A stretch of 64,000 nt of DNA from an uncultured Acidimicrobiia bacterium (GTDB lineage Bacteria; Actinomycetota; Acidimicrobiia; Acidimicrobiales; AC-14): positions 1-64,000 of the forward strand of contig CAWIIV010000017.1 of NCBI GenBank assembly GCA_963836205.1. The letters are read 5' to 3'. The translations under genes were made by a program, and so were the position numbers. The notes under the pieces were generated by a model, which saw only the letters and a program-made list of their open reading frames with translations, was not told where the DNA came from and searched no databases. This document shows positions 50,133 to 59,600 of this stretch, one piece after another (position 1 is the first letter of the stretch; the number at the start of each line of letters is the position of its first letter).

Positions 50133-50543
50133 TCAGTACAGGCCCAGGTCCTGCGCTTCGGCGGCCAGGTCGGCGACCGCTTGGAGGCGTCGGGCCTGGT
50201 CGACCTCCCGGTAGAGGAGCACGTCGGCCAGCTTCATACGCCGCCGCGTGCCGACCTTCCGGGACGGGATCTCGCCTCGATCGACGAGGCCAACCACGTA
50301 CGGGCGCGACACGTTGAGCAGGTCCGCTGCCTGCTGGGTGGTGATCTCCTCATCGTCAGCAATAACCCGAACGTGCTCGCCTCGTCGTACGTGATCGAGC
50401 ACATCGGCCAGCACTAACACGGCCGATGCGGGCAGCTCGATGGGCTCACGGTCCGGACCGCTCGGCAGCACCACCACCCGACCACCGCGCAAGGCGACGG
50501 CCGCTGCGGCTGCCTGTTCGGACTCTGACAGGACACTCGGCAT
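50133..50543 (-). CDS. Excisionase-type HTH (HTH_17) antitoxin
   Basis: ITTQQAADLLNVSRPYV...GEIP...VGTRRR; C-terminal AQDLGLY; coupled to the PIN gene. Confidence 0.88.
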   Translation of the reverse strand: MPSVLSESEQAAAAAVALRGGRVVVLPSGPDREPIELPASAVLVLADVLDHVRRGEHVRVIADDEEITTQQAADLLNVSRPYVVGLVDRGEIPSRKVGTRRRMKLADVLLYREVDQARRLQAVADLAAEAQDLGLY

Positions 50544-50707
50544 CCCGACAGGATACGAAATAAACGAAGCGAACGAAACAAGCGTGAGGATTTCCGTCAC
50601 GAAACAGGCGCATGATTGTGACCAAACTCGTGACCACAACGGTCATTTCAATGCATTTCACACGGAGCGGCAACGCCCTGACCAGCACTTTCGCGCCGCA
50701 CAGGGGG

Positions 50708-50794
50708 TGCCCGGGGTGGGATTCGAACCCACACGGCCCATGCGGGCCAAAGGGGTTTAAGCCCTTCGCGTCTGACCAGTTCCGCCACCCGGGC
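50708..50794 (-). tRNA. tRNA-Leu(TAA)
   Basis: GCCCGGG/CCCGGGC acceptor stem, AAGGG-CTTAAAC-CCCTT anticodon arm, long variable arm, GGTTCGAATCC T-arm; CCA not encoded. Confidence 0.95.
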
Positions 50795-50808
50795 CGGCGG
50801 CGCTCACG

Positions 50809-51297
50809 CTAGCCGTCGAGGTCGAGGGCGTAGCCGAGAAGTTGGATGTCGCCGTCGACGACGAGGTCGCGGTCGGGGCGGCGGTGGAAGCCCTCCCGTT
50901 GGTAGAGGTGCTGCGCAGTGCGCATCGACTCGGCGGTGTGGAGGGTGACCTCCCGCTTGCCGTCGGCGCGGGCCTGATCGATGCACGCCCGGACGAGACC
51001 GGTGCCGATGCCTCGGCCCTGGGCCTCGGGGGTGACGGCCAGCATGCGCAGCTCGGCCTGATCGGGACGGTCGATGGTGGCCAGCCGGCCCGGTCGGCCG
51101 ACGTAGGTGATGCCGCCGAGCACGGTGGCCTCGTCGTCGACGGCCACCAGCACGAGCGACTCGTCCAGCCGGCCCCGGACGTCGGACAGCTCGGCCACGT
51201 AGTCGTCGGGCAGGGTCCCGAACACCTCGATGTAGACGTCGAGCGTGATCCGGCCGAGGGTGTCGGCCTCGTGGTCGCGGATCGGGCGGATGGTCAG
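50809..51297 (-). CDS. GNAT N-acetyltransferase
   Basis: LTIRPI, LAVTPEAQGRGIG, LYQREGF; frame open to CTG 51297, which overlaps the upstream TGA. Confidence 0.88.
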   Translation of the reverse strand: MTIRPIRDHEADTLGRITLDVYIEVFGTLPDDYVAELSDVRGRLDESLVLVAVDDEATVLGGITYVGRPGRLATIDRPDQAELRMLAVTPEAQGRGIGTGLVRACIDQARADGKREVTLHTAESMRTAQHLYQREGFHRRPDRDLVVDGDIQLLGYALDLDG

Positions 51298-51608
51298 GCC
51301 GCCGATGCCTCCTCCTCCCCGAGCACGCTCGCCAGCAACGCCGCCCGTAGCTCCGACGGGTCGCCCGCAGCCGACCGGTTGGCGGCCAGGACGCCCTCGA
51401 CCATGTCGGTGACCACCGCATCCAGGGGCCGGCCGTGCACCCGGACGGCGACCACCGCCGCCCCGTCGGGTCGGCGCCGGATGCTGCGCTCGGCTCCGGG
51501 GAGGCGGGGCGGGCTCCGAAAGCCGGGCACCGCCAGCCCTCGCCGGCGGGCCTCGACGCCCAACCGGCGGGCGGCGGCAGCGAAGCGAACGGGGTCGGCG
51601 GGCACCAT
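51294..51608 (-). CDS. Hypothetical protein
   Basis: PGFRSPPR...RSIRR...DMVEGV; coupled to GNAT gene. Confidence 0.65.
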   Translation of the reverse strand: MVPADPVRFAAAARRLGVEARRRGLAVPGFRSPPRLPGAERSIRRRPDGAAVVAVRVHGRPLDAVVTDMVEGVLAANRSAAGDPSELRAALLASVLGEEEASAA

Positions 51609-51667
51609 CAGCGTCCAGGATGGCACCAGGGTGTGACAGCGGTCGCCAAACACGTCAGGCTAGGGAC

Positions 51668-52480
51668 ATGACCGAGCCCGACGAGGACCGCCCCGGCGGC
51701 CCGGACACACCGCCGTCCGCCACCCCGACCCCGCCGGCCCACAGCCCCGGATCGGAGATGCAGGGCGACGACACCGTCGTCCTGCCCGCGACCGCCCCCC
51801 CACCGTCGGCTCCGGCGGCGCCCACGCCGCCGCCCGCACCGGCCCCCGTCCCTCCGCCGACGCCCGTGCCGGCCCCGTCGTCGACCCCCGCCCCGATGGT
51901 CACGACCGCCCCGGCGCCTGTCGCCAGCGCCCCCGCTTCCCCCGACATCCTCGACGACGACCTCGACGACTTCGACGACTTCGACGACTACGGGGCCCCC
52001 CGATGGGTGAGCCTGGTCACCGTGGTCGGTGCCGGCCTCATCGGCGTGGTTGCCCTCCAGGTACTGTTGAGCCTGGTCGAGGGCGTGAGTGTGAAGGAAG
52101 GCCAGAAGTTCGGCGTCCCCGACGACCTCCTCCACCGCCTCGGGTATCCGTTCGGCAGCCTCGGCTCAACCGCCATCTTCTTCGTCCTCCTCGGGGTCAT
52201 CCTCCTCGCCCTGCCGGCGATCCTCGGCGAGGAGGTCACCGACCGCCAGTACTCCATCGCCGGTGCCGCCACGCGCACCGCCCTCGTCGTCGGGGTGATC
52301 ATCGGCCTCGGCAGCCTCCTGGCGGTGCGGGGCAGCCTCCACGAGTACTCGGCCAAGAACGTCGCCGTCCCCGGCTACGTCCAGATCCAGTTCGTGAGCT
52401 TCATGCTGGCGACGGTGGCGGCGTCGGCCCTCACCGTCTTCGGCGCCATCACCGCCTTGGCCGCCCGCGACGAGGGCTGA
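51668..52480 (+). CDS. Membrane protein with Pro-rich N-terminus
   Basis: Pro/Ala-rich region followed by four TM segments. Confidence 0.7.
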   Translation: MTEPDEDRPGGPDTPPSATPTPPAHSPGSEMQGDDTVVLPATAPPPSAPAAPTPPPAPAPVPPPTPVPAPSSTPAPMVTTAPAPVASAPASPDILDDDLDDFDDFDDYGAPRWVSLVTVVGAGLIGVVALQVLLSLVEGVSVKEGQKFGVPDDLLHRLGYPFGSLGSTAIFFVLLGVILLALPAILGEEVTDRQYSIAGAATRTALVVGVIIGLGSLLAVRGSLHEYSAKNVAVPGYVQIQFVSFMLATVAASALTVFGAITALAARDEG

Positions 52481-52490
52481 CCGCCCGCAG

Positions 52491-53465
52491 GTGATCGAGG
52501 GGACGCCGGGCGGCTTCCCGCCCACGCCGGCCCAGCAACGCGTCCTCACCGACCTCCTGGCGCTGGGGCAGCCCCGGCCCCGCTTCGACCCCGACCTCGG
52601 CCATCACCTCCGCCGCCAACTGGAGACGGCCCTGGGCCCCGTGGCCGACGCCCTCCCGGTGGAAGAGCTGTTGGTCGGGAAGCGTCAACTGGGCCAGATC
52701 CACGCCTGTGAAGCCCACTGGCGGGCGGAATGGGAAGAGTCCGGGTTCGACTGGTCGGCCCGCTCTGCGGTCGGCTCGGTGGTGCACAAGGCCATCGAGC
52801 TGTCGATCTCGTCCCGGACGGAGACGATCGCCCTCGATCTGGTCGACCACGCGATGGCCACCCTGGCCGAGGACACCCGCCGGGCCAGTCCCCGGCCCTG
52901 GCTGCTGACGGCGACGCCGCTGGAGCTGGCCGACCTCCGGGGGCGGGCCCACGACACGGTGGTGAAGTTCCAGGAGTGCTGGCCCCGGCTCCAGGCGGCG
53001 TGGGCGCCCCGCACCGAAACCGGCATCGGTGCCGAGCTGTGCGCCAGCCGCATCGTCCTGTGGGGGAAGGTCGACCTCGTGCTCGGTGTGGCCCGAGGCG
53101 ACGAGGCCCGCTCCCTCATCGTCGACCTCAAGACCGGCCGCAGCTACCCCGGGCACCTCGACGACCTGCGCTTCTACGCCCTGGTCCAGACGCTGCGCAT
53201 CGGCGTCCCCCCGTTCCGGGTGGCCAGCTACTACCTCGACACGGCCACGTTCCACGGCGAGGACGTCACCGTCGAGATGCTGGCGGTCGCGGTCCGCCGC
53301 ACCGTCGACGGGGCGACGAAGATGGCCCGCCTCCTCGAGCGGGACGAGCCTGCCGCCATCTCCCCCGGCCCCACGTGCACGTGGTGCACCCTCCGCCTCC
53401 ACTGCGAGGGCCCGGCGAGATACCAGGCCAGCCGGGCCGACCCCGACGACGACCTTCCCCTCTGA
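52491..53465 (+). CDS. PD-(D/E)XK nuclease family protein
   Basis: GSVVH, GKVDL, IVDLKTG, FYAL, CTWC...C. Confidence 0.85.
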   Translation: MIEGTPGGFPPTPAQQRVLTDLLALGQPRPRFDPDLGHHLRRQLETALGPVADALPVEELLVGKRQLGQIHACEAHWRAEWEESGFDWSARSAVGSVVHKAIELSISSRTETIALDLVDHAMATLAEDTRRASPRPWLLTATPLELADLRGRAHDTVVKFQECWPRLQAAWAPRTETGIGAELCASRIVLWGKVDLVLGVARGDEARSLIVDLKTGRSYPGHLDDLRFYALVQTLRIGVPPFRVASYYLDTATFHGEDVTVEMLAVAVRRTVDGATKMARLLERDEPAAISPGPTCTWCTLRLHCEGPARYQASRADPDDDLPL

Positions 53466-53472
53466 CCGCTCC

Positions 53473-53596
53473 GAGCGATCGCCAGGAACGCCCCCTCTGC
53501 GGGGGTATCCGCGCCAATCGCTCGACCCCGGCGCCACTATCCGATCGAGCGATCGCCACGAACACCCCCTCAGAAGGGGTACTCGCGCCAATCGAC
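53473..53596. repeat. Two REP-like palindromic units (inverted homologs of 33170-33297)
   Basis: GAGCGATCGCCA...CCCCCTC...GGGGT...CGCGCCAATCG twice. Confidence 0.8.
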
Positions 53597-53606
53597 CGGG
53601 AGTCAG

Positions 53607-54137
53607 TCAGTCGTCGCCGAGGGACGAGATGATCTCGGAGGCCTCGCGGAAGCGCCAGCGGGTCATGCTGCCGGGGAAGTCGGCCAGGTCCCAGGCGAAG
53701 ACGACGATGGGCTCGACCGCGTAGAGGTTGTCGGCGGACGGGGGGAAGTAGCCGTCGTACTTCGGCTTGTACGACTCCTGCAGCTTGGCGAACAGGGTGG
53801 CGCCGGGGACCGCGGTGCGGGCCAGGCCCTCGATGATGACGACCTGCTCGCCGCTGATCAGGTGGATGACCACGGCCGGGTTCTGGCGCAGGTTGCGGCC
53901 ACCGCGGGTGGTGGGGGCGGTCTCGAAATAGAGGACGTCGTCGACGAACGCGCCCCAGTAGGGCACTGCGTGGGGCTCACCCTTGGGTCCGGTGGTGGCC
54001 ACCCAGTACATCAGCGCCCGCGACAGCCGCTCGGTGACGTACTCCCACGCCAGCATGCCCTCCGGCTCCTCCGGAACCCCGTAATCGGGGATGTGGGGGC
54101 GGCTGCGGATGGGCGACGACGGGCTCATCTCCGTCAT
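53607..54137 (-). CDS. Pyridoxamine 5'-phosphate oxidase family protein
   Basis: YWVATT...GEPHAVP, RNLRQNP, IIEG, TRWRF; ATGA overlap with mazG. Confidence 0.82.
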   Translation of the reverse strand: MTEMSPSSPIRSRPHIPDYGVPEEPEGMLAWEYVTERLSRALMYWVATTGPKGEPHAVPYWGAFVDDVLYFETAPTTRGGRNLRQNPAVVIHLISGEQVVIIEGLARTAVPGATLFAKLQESYKPKYDGYFPPSADNLYAVEPIVVFAWDLADFPGSMTRWRFREASEIISSLGDD

Positions 54138-55537
54138 TCTCTCCCAGTCGGTTTCGCGAATTGCCACAGCCCGGTGACCGTAGCCGGGTCGAGGGTGCCC
54201 AGGTCGAACCCACGCTCGGCGGCGGCCCGTTCGGTGGCGATGAAGCGGTCCCGGAACCGGGCGGTGGCCGACCGCAGGGCGGCTTCGGGGTCGATGCCGC
54301 CCCGGCGGATGCGGTCGACGGCCTCGAACAGCAACCGCCCGGCCGCCTCGGCGTCGGTGACGGGGGCCGACGCCTTGGCCGGGGCGTCGCCGTCCGCCTG
54401 CTCCACCGGCTCCAATCCGACCGAGTGAGCCTTGCGCTGCACCTTGTGGGCGTAGAGCAGCGACGGCAGGTCGGCCGCGATCCCGTCCATCATCGACGCC
54501 CGGCCCTTCTCCGCCTGCTTGATCTGCTCCCAGTTGCGGATCACCTCACCGGTGGTGGCCGCGGCAACGTCGCCGAAGACATGCGGATGCCGGTGGACGA
54601 GCTTGTCGTGGATGCCCCGGGCCACGTCGGCGAGGGTGAAATGTCCCTCCTCGGCGGCCAGGGTGGCGTGGAAGACGACCTGGAACAGGAGGTCGCCCAA
54701 CTCCTCCTCCAAGTGCTCGAAGCCCTCGCCCGCCTCGACGTCGAGCGCCCCGATCGCCTCCAACACCTCGTACGTCTCCTCCAGCAGGTGGCGGGTGAGG
54801 GTGGCGTGGGTCTGCTCCCGGTCCCACGGGCATCGCTCTCGCAGGGTGCGCACCAGTTCGGCGAAGCGGGCCACCTCGCCCGCCACCGGCGCCGCCAGAA
54901 CCGGGATGTACACCGACGTGAGGTGGTCGGGGTCGACCTCCCGGTCGAGGTCGTCCCAGGCCACCGTGCGCACCGACTCGTCGGGCAGGCCCAGCCGGCA
55001 CAGGACGACGACCTCCGGCCCGTCGTCGACCGCCAGCTTGATGTCGGACAACACCGCCTTGGAGTCGCACTGGGCCACCAGCAGCGGCCCCCGCTCGCCC
55101 GCCGCCTCGACCGCGAACCGGTGCCCGTCGACCAAACGGACCCCGGCCGCCACCGGGTCGATCCCCACCCGGGCCCAGGCCAGGTCGGCGAACGACATCC
55201 CCGGCACCAGCTCCACCGTCACCCGGGGGTCGGCCAGCAGCAGCTCCACCGTCCGCTCCGCCACCAGGGGCGACCCCGGCACCGCGTACAACACCTCCGA
55301 CGAATCCCCGTCCCCCGCCGCGGCCACCAGGGCCTCCACGATCGCGGGGTAGACCTCGTCGACCGTCGACGCCCGGTCGTACATCCGGTCGAAGGAGGCC
55401 ACGCCCTCCCCGAGGGCGACCGCAGCCGGGTGGCGGACGGTGCGGAGGAAGCGGCGCCCGGGGGGCACCCGGTCGATGGCCGCCACCGCGGCCACGGTGA
55501 GGTGGTCGGGCCCGGCGGGACCGAGGCCCACCACCAC
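54134..55537 (-). CDS. mazG: Tetrapyrrole methylase/MazG fusion (YabN-type)
   Basis: VGLGP, YAVPGSP, CPWDREQT, EETYE, EELGDLL, RHPHVF. Confidence 0.92.
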   Translation of the reverse strand: MVVGLGPAGPDHLTVAAVAAIDRVPPGRRFLRTVRHPAAVALGEGVASFDRMYDRASTVDEVYPAIVEALVAAAGDGDSSEVLYAVPGSPLVAERTVELLLADPRVTVELVPGMSFADLAWARVGIDPVAAGVRLVDGHRFAVEAAGERGPLLVAQCDSKAVLSDIKLAVDDGPEVVVLCRLGLPDESVRTVAWDDLDREVDPDHLTSVYIPVLAAPVAGEVARFAELVRTLRERCPWDREQTHATLTRHLLEETYEVLEAIGALDVEAGEGFEHLEEELGDLLFQVVFHATLAAEEGHFTLADVARGIHDKLVHRHPHVFGDVAAATTGEVIRNWEQIKQAEKGRASMMDGIAADLPSLLYAHKVQRKAHSVGLEPVEQADGDAPAKASAPVTDAEAAGRLLFEAVDRIRRGGIDPEAALRSATARFRDRFIATERAAAERGFDLGTLDPATVTGLWQFAKPTGRE

Positions 55538-55569
55538 GACCCTGCCGCCTGGACCCGGCGTGGCGGGAC

Positions 55570-56616
55570 CTACGGGTTCGATGGGGCCGGTTCCGAGGGC
55601 ACGGGCTCGGGCTCCAAACCCGCCCCGCCCGTCGGCGTGGCGCCGCTCTCCGGCGGGACCACCCCCGGCGAGCCGCCCGTCTTGCGGAACGACCCGTACT
55701 TCGGGTTGATCTCGATGCGGGCCTTCTGCACCGTCTCCTGCAACAGGGCGAGGACCTTCTCCTGGCCGGCGTCGGTGACCTTCTGCCGGGCGGTCGCAGA
55801 CACCTGGTCGTAGGGGGCCACGTCGCGCTTGGTGACCTTGATCAGGTGGTAGCCGAACTCGGTCTTCACCGGCGCCCCCACCTCGCCCACCGGCTGGGTG
55901 AACACCGCCAGCTTGAACTCGGGGACGAAGTTGGTCTCGGGCGTGATGTCACAGCCGAGGTCGCCGCCCGTGGGCTTGGACCCGTCGTCGATGCTGTCGG
56001 TGCGGGCGATGGTGGCGAAGTCCTCGCCTGCGGCCAGCCGGCCCCGCAGCTCGTTGGCCTTGGCCTCCTCGGTGACGAGGATGTGGCTCACGCAGGCGGT
56101 GGAGAAGTCGTTGGGGTTGTGGTCGTAGTAGGTCCGGGCCGCCTGCTCGGGCGTGCCCAGCTCGTTGACCGACAGGGTGAGCAGGTCGAGCTCGGCCTGC
56201 CGGCGGACGAGGTCGTCCTGATAGCCCTTGGGGAACTTGTTGAACACCTCTTCGCCGCTGAGCTGCTGCACCACCAGCGCCTTGGCCGCGGCCAGGTCGT
56301 CGGCGCCCACCGACAGCTTGCGCCGGGTGAGCTCGGTCTCGATGAGGGTGTAATAGATCTGGCGGGTGAGGGCGAGGGCGGTGAAGGCGGAGTCGAACGT
56401 GCCCTGGCCGCTACCCCGCACCGGCTGGCGTTCCTCGACCAGCTTCAGGTAATCCTCGTTGGCGGCGATCGAACGCAGCTCGCCGACCAGGGTGTCCTCG
56501 CTGATCCGCTGGCCGTCGACCTTGGCCGCATACGGCGAGACCGAGCTGCAGGCCGCGGTGACGACCAGGGCGACACCGACGACGGACGCGACAAAGGCAG
56601 TTCTCTTCGTTTTCAC
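55570..56616 (-). CDS. Lipoprotein parvulin PPIase (PrsA/SurA-like)
   Basis: Lipobox VTAAC, SHILV, GGDLG, VPEF, TEFGYHLI. Confidence 0.9.
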   Translation of the reverse strand: MKTKRTAFVASVVGVALVVTAACSSVSPYAAKVDGQRISEDTLVGELRSIAANEDYLKLVEERQPVRGSGQGTFDSAFTALALTRQIYYTLIETELTRRKLSVGADDLAAAKALVVQQLSGEEVFNKFPKGYQDDLVRRQAELDLLTLSVNELGTPEQAARTYYDHNPNDFSTACVSHILVTEEAKANELRGRLAAGEDFATIARTDSIDDGSKPTGGDLGCDITPETNFVPEFKLAVFTQPVGEVGAPVKTEFGYHLIKVTKRDVAPYDQVSATARQKVTDAGQEKVLALLQETVQKARIEINPKYGSFRKTGGSPGVVPPESGATPTGGAGLEPEPVPSEPAPSNP

Positions 56617-59600
56617 GGTGCCACCGACACTACTGGCGCCGGCTCGTCGGGAACCAACAGCCGCAGCAGCTGGACGACCGCCCACACCGGGTCGACGCCC
56701 CGGGCGAGGGGTGCGACCAGCTGCTGGAGGTCGTCCTTGTAGACCGCGTCGCGGGCCTTCCGCTGGAGTCGGATCTGCTGGCTCATGCGCAGCTCGAGGG
56801 GCGAGATGCGGGCCGTCCCCCGGGCCACGGTGACCTCCCGCACCCCCGTGCGCACGCACTCCGCCCGCAGCCCGGCCACCCCCAGCAGGGCCTCGGCGGC
56901 CGGAGGCATGGGGCCGTAGCGGTCGAGCCACTCGGCCCGGATGTCGTCGACCTCGGTCTGGGTGGTGACCGCCGCCAGCCGCCGGTAGGCCTCCAGCCGC
57001 TGCTCGCCACCGGTCACGTAGTCGGGCGGGAGGTGGGCGACCACCGGGATGTCGATCTTGATCTCGGCCGGCTGGCGGACCTCCTCGCCCTTGAGGTCGG
57101 CCACCGCCTCGCTCACCATCTGGACGTAGAGGTCGTAGCCGACGGCCGCGATGTGCCCGGACTGGTTGGCGCCGAGGAGGTTGCCCGCGCCCCGGATCTC
57201 GAGGTCGCGCATGGCGATCTTGAACCCCGATCCCAGCTCGGTGTGCTCGCCGATGGTCTTGAGCCGCTCGTACGCGGTCTCCGTCAGCGACCGCTCGGGG
57301 GGGAAGAAGAGGTAGGCGTAGGCCCGCTGGCCGGCCCGGCCCACGCGGCCCCGGAGCTGGTGGAGCTGCCCCAGGCCCATCATGTCGGCCCGGTCGACGA
57401 CCAGGGTGTTCACGGTGGGCATGTCGATGCCCGACTCGATGATCGTCGTGCAGACGAGAACGTCGTACTGGCCTTCCCAGAAGTCGAGGACGATCCGCTC
57501 CAGCCGGCCCTCGTCCATCTGCCCGTGGGCCACCGCCACCCGGGCCTCAGGCACCAGCTCCCGCAGCCGCTGGGCCACCCGGTCGATGTCCTGCACCCGG
57601 TTGTGGACGAAGAAGACCTGTCCCTCACGGAGCAGCTCCCGGCGGATCGACTCGCCCACCGCCCGCTCGTCGTAGGGGCCGACGTAGGTGAGGATCGGTT
57701 GGCGTTCGGCGGGGGCGGTGTTGAGGATGGTGAGGTCGCGGATGCCGGTGAGGCTCATCTCCAGGGTGCGGGGGATGGGCGTGGCCGTGAGGGTGAGCAC
57801 GTCGACGTCGGCTCGAAAGCGCTTGATCGCCTCCTTGTGGGTGACGCCGAAGCGCTGCTCCTCGTCGACCACCAACAGCCCCAGGTTCTTGAACGTGATG
57901 TCGTGGGACAGGAGCCGGTGGGTGCCGATGACCACGTCGACGCTGCCGTCGGCCAGCCCGTCGACCACCTTCTTGGCCTGGCCCGGCGTGAGGAACCGGG
58001 ACAGGACCTCCACCCGCACCGGGTAGCCGGCGAAGCGTTCGGAGAAGGTGCCGAAGTGCTGCTGGGCGAGCAGGGTCGTCGGCACCAGGACGGCCGCCTG
58101 CATCCCGTCCTGCACCGCCTTGAACGCGGCCCGGATGGCCACCTCGGTCTTACCGAAGCCCACGTCGCCGCAGACCAGGCGGTCCATGGGGCTGTCGTCC
58201 TCCATGTCGGCCTTGACGTCGCGGATGGCCTTGAGCTGGTCGGGCGTCTCCTGGTAGGGGAAGGCGTCCTCCAGCTCCCTCTGCCAGGGGGTGTCGGGGG
58301 GGAAGGCGTGGCCCGGGGCGGTGACCCGCTGGCGGTAGAGGGCGACGAGCTCCTCGGCGATGTCGCGGACCGCGACCCGGACCTTGGCCTTTGTCCGTCC
58401 CCACTCGGAGCCGCCCAGGCGGTTGAGGGTGGGGGTGTCGCCGCCGGTGTAGTGGCGGACGGCGTCGATCTGGTCGGACGGGACGTAGAGCTTGTCGCCC
58501 CCCCGGAACTCGAGGAGGAGGTAGTCGCGCTCGGCCCCGCCCATGGCCTGCTTGACCATCCCCGCGTACCGGCCCACGCCGTGCTGGTGGTGGACGACGT
58601 AATCGCCCGGGTTGAGGTCGTCGAAGAAGCCCTGGGCGTCGGTGCGCCGGGGCCTCGGCGCCCGGTGGGCCCGCCGACGCCCGGTGACGTCGCTCTCGAC
58701 GAGGACGGCGAGCTTGACCTCGGGGAGGACGAAACCCCGTTCGAGCGACTGGACCTGCACCCGGCTGGAGCCGGGTCTGGCTGCGGTCGCACCCTCGTCG
58801 ATCACCGGGAGGGCGACGCCCCCCTCCCGGAGCATGCCCGCCAGGCGGGCGGCGCTGCCCTTGCCTTCGGCCGCCACCACCAGCTGGTAGCCCTTGCCCA
58901 CCAGGTCGGCCACCTGGCGGGTGAGGCGGTCGGCGTCGCCCATGACCGGGTCCCAGCCCCGGGACTCGATGGTGGTGACGTCGGGGCCCTCGGCGGCGCC
59001 GGTGACGGTCCAGGCCGGGGCCGGGGTGTGGGCCAGGAGGCGGTCGAAGGGGAGGTGGAGGCGGGGCCACTCCCGGTCCTTGGCCGCCCCCCAGGTGGTG
59101 GCCAGGCTGGCGGCCAGCGACGCCTCCTCGTCGAGCAGGTCGGCGGCCCGGTCGCGCATGCGGCGGGGTTCCACCAGCAGGACCAGGGCGTCGGGTCCGA
59201 GCAGGTCGAAGAGGGTGTGGTCGCCGGCGGTGAGCCACGGCAGCCACGACTCCATGCCCTCGAACACGGCCCCCTCGGCCAGCCGTTCCCACTGCTCCCG
59301 GCCCCACGGCTCGGCGCCGACCAGCTCCGCCGCCCTCGCCCTCACCTCCGCCGTGGGCAGGAGCTCGCGGCTGGGGAACAGCTCCACGCAGTCGACGTCG
59401 CCCGTCGAGCGCTGGTCGGTGACCGAGAAGCGGGTGAGGCGGTCGACCTCGTCGCCCCACAGGTCGATGCGGACGGGATGGGCGCCAGATGAGTTGTCGG
59501 TGGACGGGAACACGTCGACGATCGACCCTCGCCGGGCCACCTGGCCCCGGTGCTCGACCTGCACCTCCCGCCGGTAGCCGACGGCGACCAGCCGCTCGAC

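Noticed and set aside
50133-50543. Prophage excisionase
   Set aside because: Coupled to a PIN gene as in HTH/PIN TA pairs; no integrase or phage genes in the window
52491-53465. PD-(D/E)XK gene as Cas4 or a defence nuclease
   Set aside because: No cas or array context; core-like codon usage among housekeeping genes
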